Counted from the first letter of the stretch, positions 26,448 through 39,250 are shown. The stretch is DNA of 64,000 bases from Leucoraja erinacea (GCF_028641065.1 NC_073412.1:1736001-1800000); one strand, 5' to 3'. Numbers and translations are program-made. The notes: generated by a model from the letters alone, not told the origin.

Positions 26448-26475
26448 CAAAGATTATAGCGGAGGAAAATCTTTG
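26448..26475. mobile_element. 28-bp P-like fused-termini remnant (footprint)
   Basis: CAAAGATTATAGCGGAG+GAAAATCTTTG flanked by CTTTGGAT / CTTTGAAT (7 of 8 match). Confidence 0.6.
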
Positions 26476-27697
26476 CTTTGAATACAGCGGGTGGAATACC
26501 GGAAGTCGAGTGTCGGTAACAAATCTGACGTTCCCGCTACACGTCAGATGAACTTCGAGGATCTATCTTGCGATCTTTGACGGCACTGCCTCAATCAAAG
26601 GATGTCCTTCCCTCAAATTAGGCTGTACACAATACAATCTTTAAGAGCTCTCTAGCTCTCTCTTAATCCAGAGAATTTCCACTGCTTTGCCAGTGCTCAC
26701 ATCTGCAGCCTCCTCAGACAGCCTATCTTTCAAGAATGGTCACATAGGAAGTCGAGTGTCGCTGTAACAAATTGACGTTCCGTTGCGTACTACACGTCAG
26801 CCCATTGAATTTCGAAGGAGTGGTCTATCTTGTCCCTCTACGATCTTTGACGCTGCACTGCCTCAATCACAAGGATGTCCTTCCTCAAATTAGGAAACCA
26901 AAACTGTACACAATACAATCTTTAAGAGCTCTATCTAGCTCTCTCTTGAAAGCATCCAGAGAATTGGCCTCCACTGCCTTCTGAGGCAGAGAGTTCGTTG
27001 CAGCCAGTGCTGTGCTAGATAAATCTGCAGCCTCAGACAGCCTATCTTTCAAGTAATGGGCTCTGCCTTGGTCAACATAGAGTGTAAAATCTTTGTCTGC
27101 CGACTGCTATACCATACGGTGGAAGCACAGTGGCCCTGGTTATTGAAGCTGTGTTAGAGGATTAAGTGGGATCCAGTCCCACTTTCGGCTTTGCTATATC
27201 TTAGTAGAGATATAATTCTAAATTCTCTTAACTTGGCAAACCAGCACTAAACTGCGATTTATCAGAGTATTCTGCAAAAAGTGACAAACTTCACCTTTTC
27301 TCAATCCACTCCTGCTGTGTCGACCCAGAACCGACATCAGAGGTCAATAGACAAAGACTAAAAATAGGCTAGCCTGATCCGGTCAAAGCTGCCCGCAAGT
27401 CCTGACAGAAAATTGACGTATTTCACCTTTATCTTCCTTCACTCCAGTTATTTTTGCTGAAGTACTTTGTAGGGGAAGGCAACGCAGAGGCTGGAAATCT
27501 AAAAATAAAACGAGGGGAGGTNNNNNNNNNNNNNNNNNNNNNNNNNNNNNNNNNNNNNNNNNNNNNNNNNNNNNNNNNNNNNNNNNNNNNNNNNNNNNNN
27601 NNNNNNNNNNNNNNNNNNNNNNNNNNNNNNNNNNNNNNNNNNNNNNNNNNNNNNNNNNNNNNNNNNNNNNNNNNNNNNNNNNNNNNNNNNNNNNNNN

Positions 27698-27995
27698 TGT
27701 GCGAGTGCGCGCGTGTGTGTGTGAGTGCGCGTGCGGGTGTGCGTGTGTGTGTGTACAACTGCGTGTATGTGCGTGTGTCTGTACTTGTGTGTGTATGTAC
27801 GTGTGTGGGTGCGTGTGTGTACGACTGCGTGTATGTGCGTGTGTCCATACGTGTGTGTACGACTGTGTGTATGTGCGTGTGTCTATACGTGTGTACGTGT
27901 GTGTACGACTGTGTGTATGTGCGTGTGTCCATACGTGTGCGTGTGTGTGTACGTGTGTGTCCAACTGCGTGGGTGTGCGTGTGTGTGTACGTGTG
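27698..27995. repeat. Degenerate (GT)n microsatellite
   Basis: Direct inspection. Confidence 0.9.
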
Positions 27996-28433
27996 CTATG
28001 TACATGACACAATAGAACTTTATTTATCCCAGGAGGGAAACTGATCATCCAACAAGATACATGAGATTAAAGGGATGAGTGGAAAGGATTGGGGTTTCTC
28101 GGTGTATAACCAGCATCTGCAGTTCCTTCCCACACCGTATTTCTCTGCTGCCTGAACAGTTGAAGGTCTCAGGATGACTGAATATTGTTCTCACTTCCTT
28201 TCATTATTTCAGCTGGTAGCTTGGTGGTGCATCAGTTAGTGCTGCTGCCTCCCAGCTCCGGGGCCTTGGGTTCAGTCCTGACCTTGTTATTTCCCCATCT
28301 GACCTGCAAATATTTTAAACCGGGCTGCTCCGGACTCCTGTACTTGGGATCATTGTACCCGGGTGGGTGATTTGACAGGCGGCAGGCAAACATTTTCACT
28401 GTGTCACAGTACATGTGACAATAGCAAGCCAAT

Positions 28434-28722
28434 TGGTGGCACGGTGGTTCAGCGATAGAGTTGTTGCCTCACAGCGCCAGAGACCACGGTTCAATCCTGA
28501 CCTCAGGTGCTGTCTGTGTGGAGTTTGCATGTTCTCCCCATAACCACGTGGGTTATCTCTGGGAGCTCCGGTTTCCTCCCACACTCCAAAGACATACAGG
28601 CTTGTGGCTTGGTAAATTTGTAAATAGTCCCTAGTGTGTGTAGGATAGTGTTAGTGTTGCAGGTTGGCACAGACTCGGTGGGCCGAAGGGCCTGTTTCCG
28701 AGCTGTATCTCTGAACTAAAAA
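28434..28722 (+). mobile_element. HE1-like V-SINE
   Basis: Same head, V-domain and tail organisation. Confidence 0.82.
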
Positions 28723-29139
28723 ACTAACCCAAACTTTTGCACAAGTTCACTCAAGTCTGGGAATATTCTCCCGAGTGAAATGGTTGAGTAAAGATTTATT
28801 ATTTTAAGATGAATTAATATGTGTTGCATGTAGGAGCAATCTCATTTGTGTGATTTAGTTATGACATGTTTTATGAGTGTCAAATGTACATAATTCAAAA
28901 TGAAGGGGTGCTTTTAAATTATGATGGGCTTTTAAAGGAATGAGAAAGAACATATAGATGTCTTGATTTCAAGCCCAGCTCGTCCAAGCTGGGAGCTGGA
29001 CATCTGCCAGATCTTAAACTGCCTTCTCCCCAGGATATTAGTCCACGGACTGACGCTCGCTGGCACGTGAGTAGGTTTCACGCCTTTCAACTACGTTCAG
29101 TATCTCAGTACTAAACGCAAAGGGATTTGATGGGCATTC

Positions 29140-29306
29140 GAGAAGAGGGGGAGAGAGAGAGGTAGGGGAAGAGGGGGAGGGGAAGGGAAGGATTGTGTGG
29201 GAGGGAGGGGGAGAGAAATATAGATATGGAGAGGGAGGGAGGGAAGAGAGAGGAGATAGATATATAGATAGATATATATATATATAGAGGGATAGAGAGA
29301 GATAGA
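29140..29306. repeat. GA-rich / (TA)n low-complexity tract
   Basis: Direct inspection. Confidence 0.85.
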
Positions 29307-29619
29307 NNNNNNNNNNNNNNNNNNNNNNNNNNNNNNNNNNNNNNNNNNNNNNNNNNNNNNNNNNNNNNNNNNNNNNNNNNNNNNNNNNNNNNNNNNNNNN
29401 NNNNNNNNNNNNNNNNNNNNNNNNNNNNNNNNNNNNNNNNNNNNNNNNNNNNNNNNNNNNNNNNNNNNNNNNNNNNNNNNNNNNNNNNNNNNNNNNNNNN
29501 NNNNNNNNNNNNNNNNNNNNNNNNNNNNNNNNNNNNNNNNNNNNNNNNNNNNNNNNNNNNNNNNNNNNNNNNNNNNNNNNNNNNNNNNNNNNNNNNNNNN
29601 NNNNNNNNNNNNCAAATAG

Positions 29620-30165
29620 ACAATAGACAATAGGTGCAGGAGGAGGCCATTCAGCCCTTCGAGCCAGCACCGCCATTCAATGTGATCATGGCTGATCATC
29701 CCCAATCAGTACCCGTTCGTGCCTTCTCCCCATATCCCCTGACTCCACTATCTTTAAGAGCCCTATCTAGCTCTCTCTTGAAAGTATCCAGAGAACCTGC
29801 CTCCACCGCCCTCTGAGGCAGAGAATTCCACAGACTCACAACTCTCTGGGTAAAAAAGTGTTTCCTCATCTCCATTCTAAATGGCTGACCCCTTATTCTT
29901 AAACTGTGGCCCCTGGTTCTGGACTCCCCCAACATCGGGAACATGTTTCCTCCCTCTAGCGTTTCCAAACCTTTAATAATCTTATATGTTTCAATGAGAT
30001 TCCCTCTCATCCTTCGAAACTCCAGAGTATACAAGCCCAGCCGCTCCATTCTCTCAGCGTATGACAGTCCCGCCATCCCGGGAATTAACCTTGTAAACCT
30101 AGGCTGCAGTCCCTCAATAGCAAGAATGTCCTTCCTCAAATTAGGGGGCCAAAACTGCACACAAT
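29620..30165 (-). mobile_element. CR1 LINE 3' fragment
   Basis: LEYCVQFWPPNLRKDILAIE...VVSLWNSLP. Confidence 0.88.
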
Positions 30166-31126
30166 ACTCTAGATTCACAATGCTATCATTTGATGTAATC
30201 ACCAGTGACTGAAGCGTGACACATCTTTCTGATGATACTGTCACTGCTAAATCCAAGTAATAAATCTCTGACCTACCCGGTTATGAGAGTACGTCTAATT
30301 TAGATGGTGTTTTAGGTTGCTTAGTAACGGCCGTTAGTAGCCCTGGTTGTGTTATTGAGGGAGAAGGAACATTGACAAAGAAAGGGTCGACGGGGCTTGT
30401 TATATTCGCTGGAACTTAGAAGGATGAGAGGGAATCTTATCGAAACATATAAGCTTCTTAAAGGATTGGGCAGGCTAGAATGCAGGAAACATGTTCCCCA
30501 TGTTGGGGGAGTCCAGAACCAGGGACCACACAGTTTAAGAATAAGGGGCAGGCCATTTAGGACTGAGATGGGGAAAAAACGTTTTCACCCAGAGAGTTGC
30601 CAATCTGTGGAATTCTCTGCCACAGAAGGCAGTGGAGGCCAATTCACTGGATGTTTTCAAGAGAGAGTTAGATTTAGCTCTTAGGGGTAACGGAATCAAG
30701 GGATATGGGGAGAAAGCAGGAACGGGGTACTGAGTTGGATGATCAGCCAAGATCATATTGAATGGCGGTGCTGTCTCGAAGGGCCAAATGGCCTACTCCT
30801 GCACCTATTTTCTATGTTTCTATGTTTCCTTTTCCACTTTTCAGTCCTAATTCTTAAACTGTGTGTGACCCCTGGTTCTGGACTCCCCCAACATCGGGAA
30901 CATTTTTCCTGCATCAAGCCTGTCCAACCCCTTAAGAATTTGATATGTTTCTGTAAGATCACCTCTCATCCTTCCAATTTCCTAGTCGACCCATTCTTTC
31001 ATTATACGTCATAGGATGTTGGGAACAGATTTAGGCCATTCGGCCCATCAAGTCCACTCCGCCATTCAATCATGGCTGATCTATCATCCCGCTGAGTTAC
31101 TCCAGCATTTTGTGTCGATCTTCAAA

Positions 31127-31263
31127 TGACGTCACGCGCTCCAGACGGCTGTGCGTACGCATGTAATCGCGCCCGACCTTCGCGGGACCATCGCGGCGGC
31201 TCAACGCAACCACGAGGTTGCGTAATTTGCGTGCCAAAGACACGCAAGTGGGACAGGCCCTTA
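31127..31263. mobile_element. Harbinger-like MITE right half
   Basis: Ends ...AAGTGGGACAGGCCCTTAA. Related ends occur at ~20900-21013 and 49175-49274. Confidence 0.5.
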
Positions 31264-32933
31264 AGGAAGCCAGCAAAAGCAAGATTCATTCTTTGCCGTT
31301 AAGACTGTGTAATTACATCGACTTCTCAGTTAAATTAGTATTACACTCGAGACCTGGCTCCTCCCTGACTCATCTCACATTCCCAGCGGCAGCCTTCGCT
31401 AACTGCTGAAGAGACCGATGCTAATCACAGCCTTCCCCCTGGAATTGTCTGCATGTTCTGTGGGAAGGAACTGCAGATGCTGGAGACACAGATAATGCTG
31501 GAGCAACTCAGCGGGTCAAGCAGCGTCTCTTGAGAGGAGGAATATCGGTGACGTTTCGGGTTGAGACACGTCCCGAAACGTCACCCGTTCCTTCTCTCCA
31601 GAGACGCTGCCTGTCCCGCTGAGTTACTCCAGCATTTTGTGTCTATCTTCGGTGTAAATCAGCATCTGCAGTTCCTTCCCACACAATAAATCGGTCTTAA
31701 CATAGAAACATAGAAATTAGGTGCAGGAGTAGAGGCCATTCGGCCCTTCGAGCCTGCACCGCCATTCAATATGATCATGGCTGATCATCCAACTCAGTAT
31801 CCTGTACCTGCCTTCTCTCCATACCCCTGGTCCCTTTAGCCACAAGGGCCACATCTAACTCCCTCTTAAATATAGCCAATGAACTGGCCTCAACTACCCT
31901 CTGTGGCAGAGAGTTCCAGAGATTCACCACTCTCTGTGTGAAAAAAGTTATTCTCATCTCATCTTCTGAAGGAACTATCCCTGGACTGTTCCATTGCCAG
32001 ACTGCATAACTCCACATAGACTGGGGGTTTGAAACACAATTCCTGTGCATAGGCTCCCATCAGTCTGAAGAAGGGTTTCGGCCCGAAACGTCGCCTATTT
32101 CCTTTGCTCCATAGATGCTGCTGCACCCGCTGAGTTTCATAGAAACATAGAAATTAGGTGCAGGAGTAGGCCATTCGGCCCTTCGAGCCTGCACCGCCAT
32201 TCAATATGATCATGGCTGATCATCCAACTCAGTATCCCGTACCTGCCTTCTCTCCATACCCCCTGATCCCCTTAGCCACAAGGGCCACATCTAACTCCCT
32301 CTTAAATATAGCCAATGAACTGGCCTCAACTCCCCTCTGTGGCAGAGAGTTCCAGAGATTCACCACTCTCTGTGTGAAAAAAGTTCTTCTCATCTCGTCT
32401 TCTGAAGGAACTATCCCTGGACTGTTCCATTGCCAGACTGCATAACTCCACATAGACTGGGGGTTTGAAACACAATTCCTGTGCATAGGCTCCCATCAGT
32501 CTGAAGAAGGGTTTCGGCCCGAAACGTCGCCTATTTCCTTTGCTCCATAGATGCTGCTGCACCCGCTGAGTTTCTCCAGCATTTTTGGGTGAGATGCCCT
32601 TCTGGGTGAGATGCTAACTGCATTCCGTTGACTCTGTACTGTACACTGCACAATGATAATAAATATTGAATCTAAATCTGAATCTGACCCTGCGGGTTTC
32701 CTCGGGCGCTCCAGTTTTCTCCCACATCACAAAGACGTGCGGAGGTTTGTAGGTTGACTGGCCTCGGTAAGATTGTCCCTGGTATGTGTAGTATTGTATT
32801 GTATTGTATTGTATTCAAATTTGAGACAACAAAATGAATTTCCCTTACAGGCAGTATCATAAAAAAAATCACAAAAAAAACCACACACAAATAAATAAAT
32901 AATAAAACATTTTTAAAGTAAAATTGAAATTGA

Positions 32934-32964
<31 letters not shown>

Positions 32965-33607
32965 AAACACAGAAAGTCCACGACACAACATAACATAAAT
33001 GGCACCAATGCATTTCGTTGTCTCTGTACTGTACACTGACAATGACAATTAAAATTGAATCTGAATCTGAATCTGACCAAGGTGAGTGTAGGACAGAACT
33101 AGTGTGAATGCTGGAGAAACTCAGCGGGTGCAGCAGCATCTATGGAGCGAGGGAAATAGGCAACGTTTCGGGCCGAAACCCGGAAGGGTTTCGACCCGAA
33201 ACGTTACCTATTTCCTTCAGGATTTCGTCCTGAAACGTTGCCTGTTCCCTTTGCTCCATAGATGCTGCTGCACCCGCTGAGTTTCTCCAGCATTTTTGTC
33301 TACCTTCGATTTTCCAGCATCTGCAGTTCCTTCTCAACCACTCCCATGCAGTATGTTGGGGGCCTGCTTCTGCGCTAGATCTCTAAGCTCAGTTGCATCC
33401 ATTATAGGCACATTCTATGGGGAATGCACGCGGATTTTTTTTTTTAAAAAGGTCGTAGAGTCTATGTGGAGTTAGAGGGCCTGGCAACCCTGGATAGTTT
33501 CTCCAGGGATAGTTTCTTCAGAAGGCCGAATGGCCTCATTTTTATTGTGCAGGAAGGAACTGCAGACGCTGCTTTGCACCGAAGATAGACACACAATTCT
33601 GGAGTAA

Positions 33608-33823
33608 TGCCCCCTGTCCCACTTAGGAAACCTGAACGGAAACCTCTGGAGACTTTGCGCCCCACCCAAGGTTTCCGTGCGGTTCCCGGAGGTTTTTGTC
33701 AGTCTCCCTACCTGCTTCCACTACCTGCAACCTCCTGCAACCTCTGTGAACCGCACGGAAACCTTGGGTGGGGTGCAAAGTCTCCAGAGGTTTCCATTCA
33801 GGTTTCCTAAGTGGGCAGGGGCA
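33608..33823. mobile_element. PIF/Harbinger-type foldback MITE (family of 10592)
   Basis: Same TIRs with TAA-like flanks, in the opposite internal orientation. The duplicate copy at 51713-52729 is split by a LINE. Confidence 0.8.
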
Positions 33824-35281
33824 TTAACTCAGCGGGACAGGCAGCATCTCTAGAGAGAAGGAAATGGGTGATGTTTCCTTCTCTCCAGAGACGCTGCCTG
33901 TCCCGTTGAGTTACTCCAGCTTTTTTGTGCCTATCTTTGGCCACATGTTATCGCTGCTCCACTTGTACACTTCAACATGAGGAGAGGAGTTATCATTCTG
34001 TTTTTGCTCAGCGCAGAAAGAATTGAACGGGAGTGAGCCAGTGATGTTAGTGGCCAAGCGATCAGTCACAGATACCTCTCCTCACACTGACATCCACGTC
34101 CCCACAAATCAATTAGAACATTCATTGTGTGAAACCAAGTCCTTCCAAGCATCAAGTCCTTTATCACTTTCTTAACCCTGCTTGACGATCAAGTTACAGT
34201 CACTGTCATCGAAACATAGAAAATAGGTGCAGGAGGAGGCCATTCGGCCCTTCGAGCCAGTGCCGCCATTCATTGCGATCATGGCTGATCGTCCCCTATC
34301 AATAACCCTTCTCCCCATATCCCTTGACTCCACTAGCCCCTAGAGCTCTATCTAACTCTCTCTTAAATCCATCCAGTGACTTGGCCTCCACTGCCCTCTG
34401 TGGCAGGGAATTCCACAAATACACAACTCTGGGTGAAAAAGTTTTTTCTCACCTCAGTCTTAAATGACTTCCCCTTTATTCTAAGACTGTGTGTGGCCCC
34501 TGGTTCTGGACTCGCCCAACATTGGGAACCTTTTTCCTGCATCTAGCTTGTCCAGTCCTTTTATAATTTTATATGTTTCTATAAGAAACCCACACATCCT
34601 TCTAAAACTCCAGTGAATACACGCCCAGTCTTTTCAATCTCTCCTCATATGACAGTCCCGCCATCCCAGGGATCAATCTGGTGAACCTACGCTGCACTGC
34701 CTCAATCACAAGGATGTCCTTCCTCAAATTAGTCTCTGGAGCTGTAGGGCTTTGGACTGTGGGAGGAAACCTAAGATCTCGGAGAAAACCCACGCGGGTG
34801 ACGAGGACGAGCTACAAACTCCGTCGATCAAACCCGGGGTCTCTGGCGCTGTGAGGTAGCTTTAAAAATACCCGATGAAACCAACTAAAACCTCATGCAA
34901 GATTTTCTCTTTGCGTTCAATAAAGTGCCCTGCAAATACATTCCTGCAGTGTATATTTTTGGAAGCTATTAAATAAATGAAGCTAAGTAGAAATGCTAAT
35001 ATTAGGCAGTCAAGTGATCTTCAAATGTAGTTTACAAAATGGGATTCATAATCTCAGCCAGCAATCCCATCTCCTCAATTGGTTGGAAGGAATAGGGATT
35101 ATTCCATCAGTATTTGATGAATTCCTTGCAATCATTAACCACTTGATATTATGGATCTTGTCACTGCTTTATGAGCATGCTGTCATTTATAGAATACTTT
35201 TATTATGCAACTGGATTGAAGATTTACTCAGGCTGGAGATGAATGAGTAGGGCCCAGCGTGCAGTCTCTGGCACATAGACT

Positions 35282-35720
35282 ATGTCATATGCTGAGAGAA
35301 TGGAGCGGCTGGGCTTGTACACTCTGCAGTTTAGAAGAATGAGAGGGGGTCTTATTGAAACATACGAGATTGTCAAGGGTTTGGACACGCTAGAGGCAGG
35401 AAACATGTTCCCGATGTTGGGGGAGTCCGGAACCAGGGGCCACAGTTTAAGAATAAGGGGTCAGCCATTTAGAATGGAGACGAGGAAACACTTTTTCTCA
35501 CAGAGAGTGGTGAGTCTGTGGAATTCCCTGCCTCAGAGGGCGGTGGAGGCTGGTTCTCTGGATACTTTCAAGAGAGAGCTAGATAGGGCTCTTAAAGATA
35601 GTGGAGTCAGGGGATATGGGGAGAAGGCAGAAACGGGGTACTGATTGGGGATGATCAGCCACGATCACATTGAATGGCGGTGCTGGCTCGAAGGGCCGAA
35701 TGGCCTGCACATATTGTCTA
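35282..35720 (+). mobile_element. CR1 LINE 3' fragment (duplicate at ~54240-54790)
   Basis: SYAERMERLGLYTL...VVSLWNSLP. Confidence 0.88.
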
Positions 35721-37055
35721 TGTGATCATCAAAGGAACCATTGTCAGCTGAAGTACATTGGATAGATTGAGGGGTCTGAAGAAGGGTCTCGACCCCTGTC
35801 TCCTTTCGGTAAGGTTTAGAGGGAGATGGGCCAAATGCAGGCAGGTGGGACTAGTATAGATGGGACATCTTGATCGGCATGGGCAAGTTGGGCCGAAGGA
35901 CCTGTTTCCATGTTGTATGTCTCGAAAGTAAATGTACGATTCACTAAACTAAATGAGCATGCTGTCGTTGATAGAATATTTTTATTATGCAACTAGATTG
36001 AATATTTACCCAGGCTGAAGATGAATGAGTAGGGCCCAGCGTGCAGTCTCTGGCACGTGGACTATGTCATATGCTGAGAGAACGGAGGTGATACAGGATC
36101 AAAAATGGTGGGAGATTGCAACCTTCACGTGGTCCACCCTGTTTCAACGAATGCAATAAACCCGGCATGCACAATCAAATAGAACAAGTTGTTCTACAAC
36201 TTTAGGCTGTGCACGCCACACGCAAGAAGAAGAAGGAGCAAAAATAATATCTTCATAAAAATGTGGAGAATAGAGGATGTTTGCATGAGGCCAAGATCAT
36301 TGTATTCATTTACAGTATTGTGCAGGGCGGGCTGGATTGATGGGGAATTTGCCCAATTATCCCCATTTTGATGGGTTCTAGTAATGACACCAATCGGTGC
36401 CAGAAACTCCCACATTTCACCGATGAAGAACAGTAAAGCATGAACGGTTTAAGGAACATGCCAATTGTTTTTGTTTGTGATGAGCTTCACACAGCAGCCT
36501 AATGGAAGTCATTACTGCAGTTGACAGTGTTGGTTCTGCTGCATATCATCCGCTAATTCTCCCAGCTCCCGCACAACAGCTCATTGGAATAATTTCAATT
36601 GGTGCCTTTTTCTGGATGACACTGAATCTTATGCTGAAGGTCCCCACTCACTCGCTGCTCTCTTAATGTACCAGCTGGTTGACCTTATTCAACACTGCAA
36701 AACTAAGGGGACTTTGTTCTTCTTGTTCTACAAGGCGCAGTGTGTATGAAGAGAATCATTTATGAAGGGAATCTGTTTATTTAGTTTAGTAAGTAAGTAA
36801 GTTTATTGGCCAAGTATTCACATACAAGGAATTTGCCTTGGTGCTCCACCCACAATTGTATTGTATTGTATTGTATTCAAATTTATTGTCATTGTCTCAA
36901 TTTGAGACAACGAAATGAATTTCCCTTACAGGCAGTATCATTAAAAAATAAAAATAAAAATCATTCAACAAATAAAATAAAAAATTAAATAATAAATAAA
37001 TAATAAAACATATTAAAAATAAAATTGAAATTGAAATTGAGCAACAAGTAACAAC

Positions 37056-37620
37056 ATGACATACTGCGTACAGTTCTGGTCTCCTAATCTGAGGAAAGAC
37101 ATTCTTGCCATAGAGGGAGTACGGAGAAGGTTCACCAGACTGATTCCTGGGATGGCAGGACTTTCATATGAAGAAAGACTGGATAGACTCGGCTTGTACT
37201 CGCTAGAATTTAGAAGATTGAGGGGGGATCTTATAGAAACGTACAAAATTCTTAAGGGGTTGGACAGGCTAGATGCAGGAAGATTGTTCCGGATGTTGGG
37301 GAAGTCCAGAACAAGGGGTCACACAGTTTAAGGATAAGAGGGAAATCTTTTAGGACCGAGATGAGAAAAACATTTTTCACACAGAGAGTGGTGAATCTGT
37401 GGAATTCTCTGCCACAGAAGGTAGTTGAGGCCACACAGTTCATTGGCCATATTTAAGAGGGAGTTAGATGTGGCCCTTGTGGCTAAAGGGATCAGGGGGT
37501 ATAGAGAGAAGGCAGGGATGGGATACTGAGTTGGATGATCAGCCATGATCATATGGAATGGCGGTGCAGGCTCGAAGGGCCGAATGGCCTCTACTCCTGC
37601 ACCTATTGTCTATGTTTCTA
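37056..37620 (+). mobile_element. HER1/CR1 LINE 3' fragment (duplicate at ~56114-56670)
   Basis: YCVQFWSPNLRKDILAIEG... plus tail. Confidence 0.88.
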
Positions 37621-38060
37621 TACAGTGACTGTTACGAATTACTAGATATACAGAATAGAATATACAGACTAGATATACAGATAGAAATTCTAGATGTACA
37701 GCGCGGAAACAGGCCCTTCTGCCCAGTGGGTCTGCGTTGACCAGCGATCCCTGCACATCAACACTACCCTACACACACACACACACACACACACACACCG
37801 GGGACAATTTTTGTCAAACAGGTGCTGACTGAGTGGAGTTTGCACGTTCTCCCTGTGACTGTGTGGGTTTCCTCTGGGTACTCCGGTTTCCTTTCAAATC
37901 CCCAAAGGCGTGTGGGGTTTGTAAGTCCATTGACCTCTCTAAATTGCCTCTCGTGTGCAGGGAGTGGATTAAAAAATTGGGATAACATAGAACTAGTGTG
38001 AACGGGTGACCGATGGGCTTGGAGGACCAAAGAGCCCGTTTCCATGGTGTAGCTCTAAAC

Positions 38061-38191
38061 CAAAGATCTTTGGGCATAACAGAGATGGGGTTCTTATTCC
38101 TAAAATGGCGGAAGTGACGTTCCGTTGCGCTCCGATCCGTACTACACATCAGTCCATTGGAGCGATCTGCCTTGCTCCTCTAGAATCTTTC
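38061..38191. mobile_element. 131-bp MITE of the CAAAGAT family, copy 1
   Basis: CAAAGAT...AATCTTT(C) with TSD CTCTAAAC / CTTTAAAC. Shares ggaagt..gacgttccgttgcg..tactacac.tcag.ccatt with the right subterminal region of the 3.8 kb element. Confidence 0.75.
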
Positions 38192-38944
38192 CTTTAAACT
38201 ACACTACATTTAGTTTTGAATATAACTCAGTTTCTTTCGTGAGTTAGACCATTCAGGATAGTCTGCTTGGATTGGTAAAATTGCCCGAATTCTCTCCTAG
38301 AATATAAATCGGTTCAATTTGGGTCACGGTATCCAATCCTCATAATATTAATGACCTGTTCTAATGCTGAAACCTAATATTCTGTGATTGTGGCATAATA
38401 TTGGGTTATTAATGATTTATTTGTTTTTCGTTACTTATATGGTTTGTCAATGGTCTGTGAAACATTAAAATCTAAATGGAAGCAGCTGAAAAATCCCAAT
38501 AAAACCCACCAGAGCATTAACAACGCTTTCATAAACAAGAAAGCAGGGAAACATTAATGTTTCCCAAGAATGGGGTAAAACTATAACTCAAGCCGCTTAG
38601 ACTCCTTGCATCTCGTATGAATAAATTTTTACGAATTCGTAACATTTTTAATTACTTGTGTGTGTTCTGCGGTGGGAAGATTCTGCATGATCAGAATGCA
38701 TGAACTAATTGCACCAGATCTCTGATACAAACTAACTGAGATGCATCGCTGGTCTGTTCAAGACTGTTCATCACAGTGGAGGCCAAGTCAATGGGTATTC
38801 TTCGAGATATACTTGGAAATGAGGAGGAATTTCTTCAGCCAGAGGGTGGTGAATCTGTGGGTTTCAATGCCGCAGACAGCTGTGGGGTCCAAGTCATTGG
38901 GTATTTTTAAGGCGGAGATTGAATTATATTTTATTAGTAGGTAC

Positions 38945-39250
38945 ACAAAAAAGCTGGAGAAACTCAGCGGGTGCAGCAGCATCTATGGAGCGATGGAGAT
39001 AGGCAACGTTTCGGGCCGAAACCCTTCTGGAAATAGGCAACGTTTCGGGCCCGAAAACCTTCTGGAAATAGGCAACGTTTCAGGCCCGAAAACCTTCTGG
39101 AAATAGGCAACGTTTCGGCCCGAAACCCTTCGGGTTTCGACCCGAAACGTTGCCTATTTCCTTCACTCCATAGATGCTGCTGCACCCGCTGAGTTTCTCC
39201 AGCATTTTTGTGTACCTTTGATTTTCCAGCATCTGCAGTTCCTTCTTAAA
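38945..39250. repeat. Inverted Penelope-end pair with an internal ~35-bp tandem repeat (duplicate at ~57985-58280)
   Basis: (aggcaacgtttcgggcccgaaaaccttctggaaat)x3-4, then a fold-back. Confidence 0.8.

Larger units (their letters stand above)
23045..26849 (+). mobile_element. P-element-like (THAP-containing) DNA transposon, internally deleted/non-autonomous
   Basis: Perfect 34-bp TIRs (CAAAGATCGTAGAGGGACAAGATAGACCACTCCT at 23045-23078; reverse complement at 26816-26849). 8-bp TSD ACGCTGCA at 23037-23044 and 26850-26857. Splits a CR1 LINE whose sequence resumes exactly after the element. Confidence 0.85.

Noticed and set aside
34993-35250. 85-aa hydrophobic ORF (repeated at 53949-54194)
   Set aside because: No recognisable domain or splice signals; its persistence is explained by the duplication.
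38995-39150. CRISPR-like direct repeats
   Set aside because: Contiguous ~35-bp tandem units with no unique spacers, derived from a Penelope end in a vertebrate genome.
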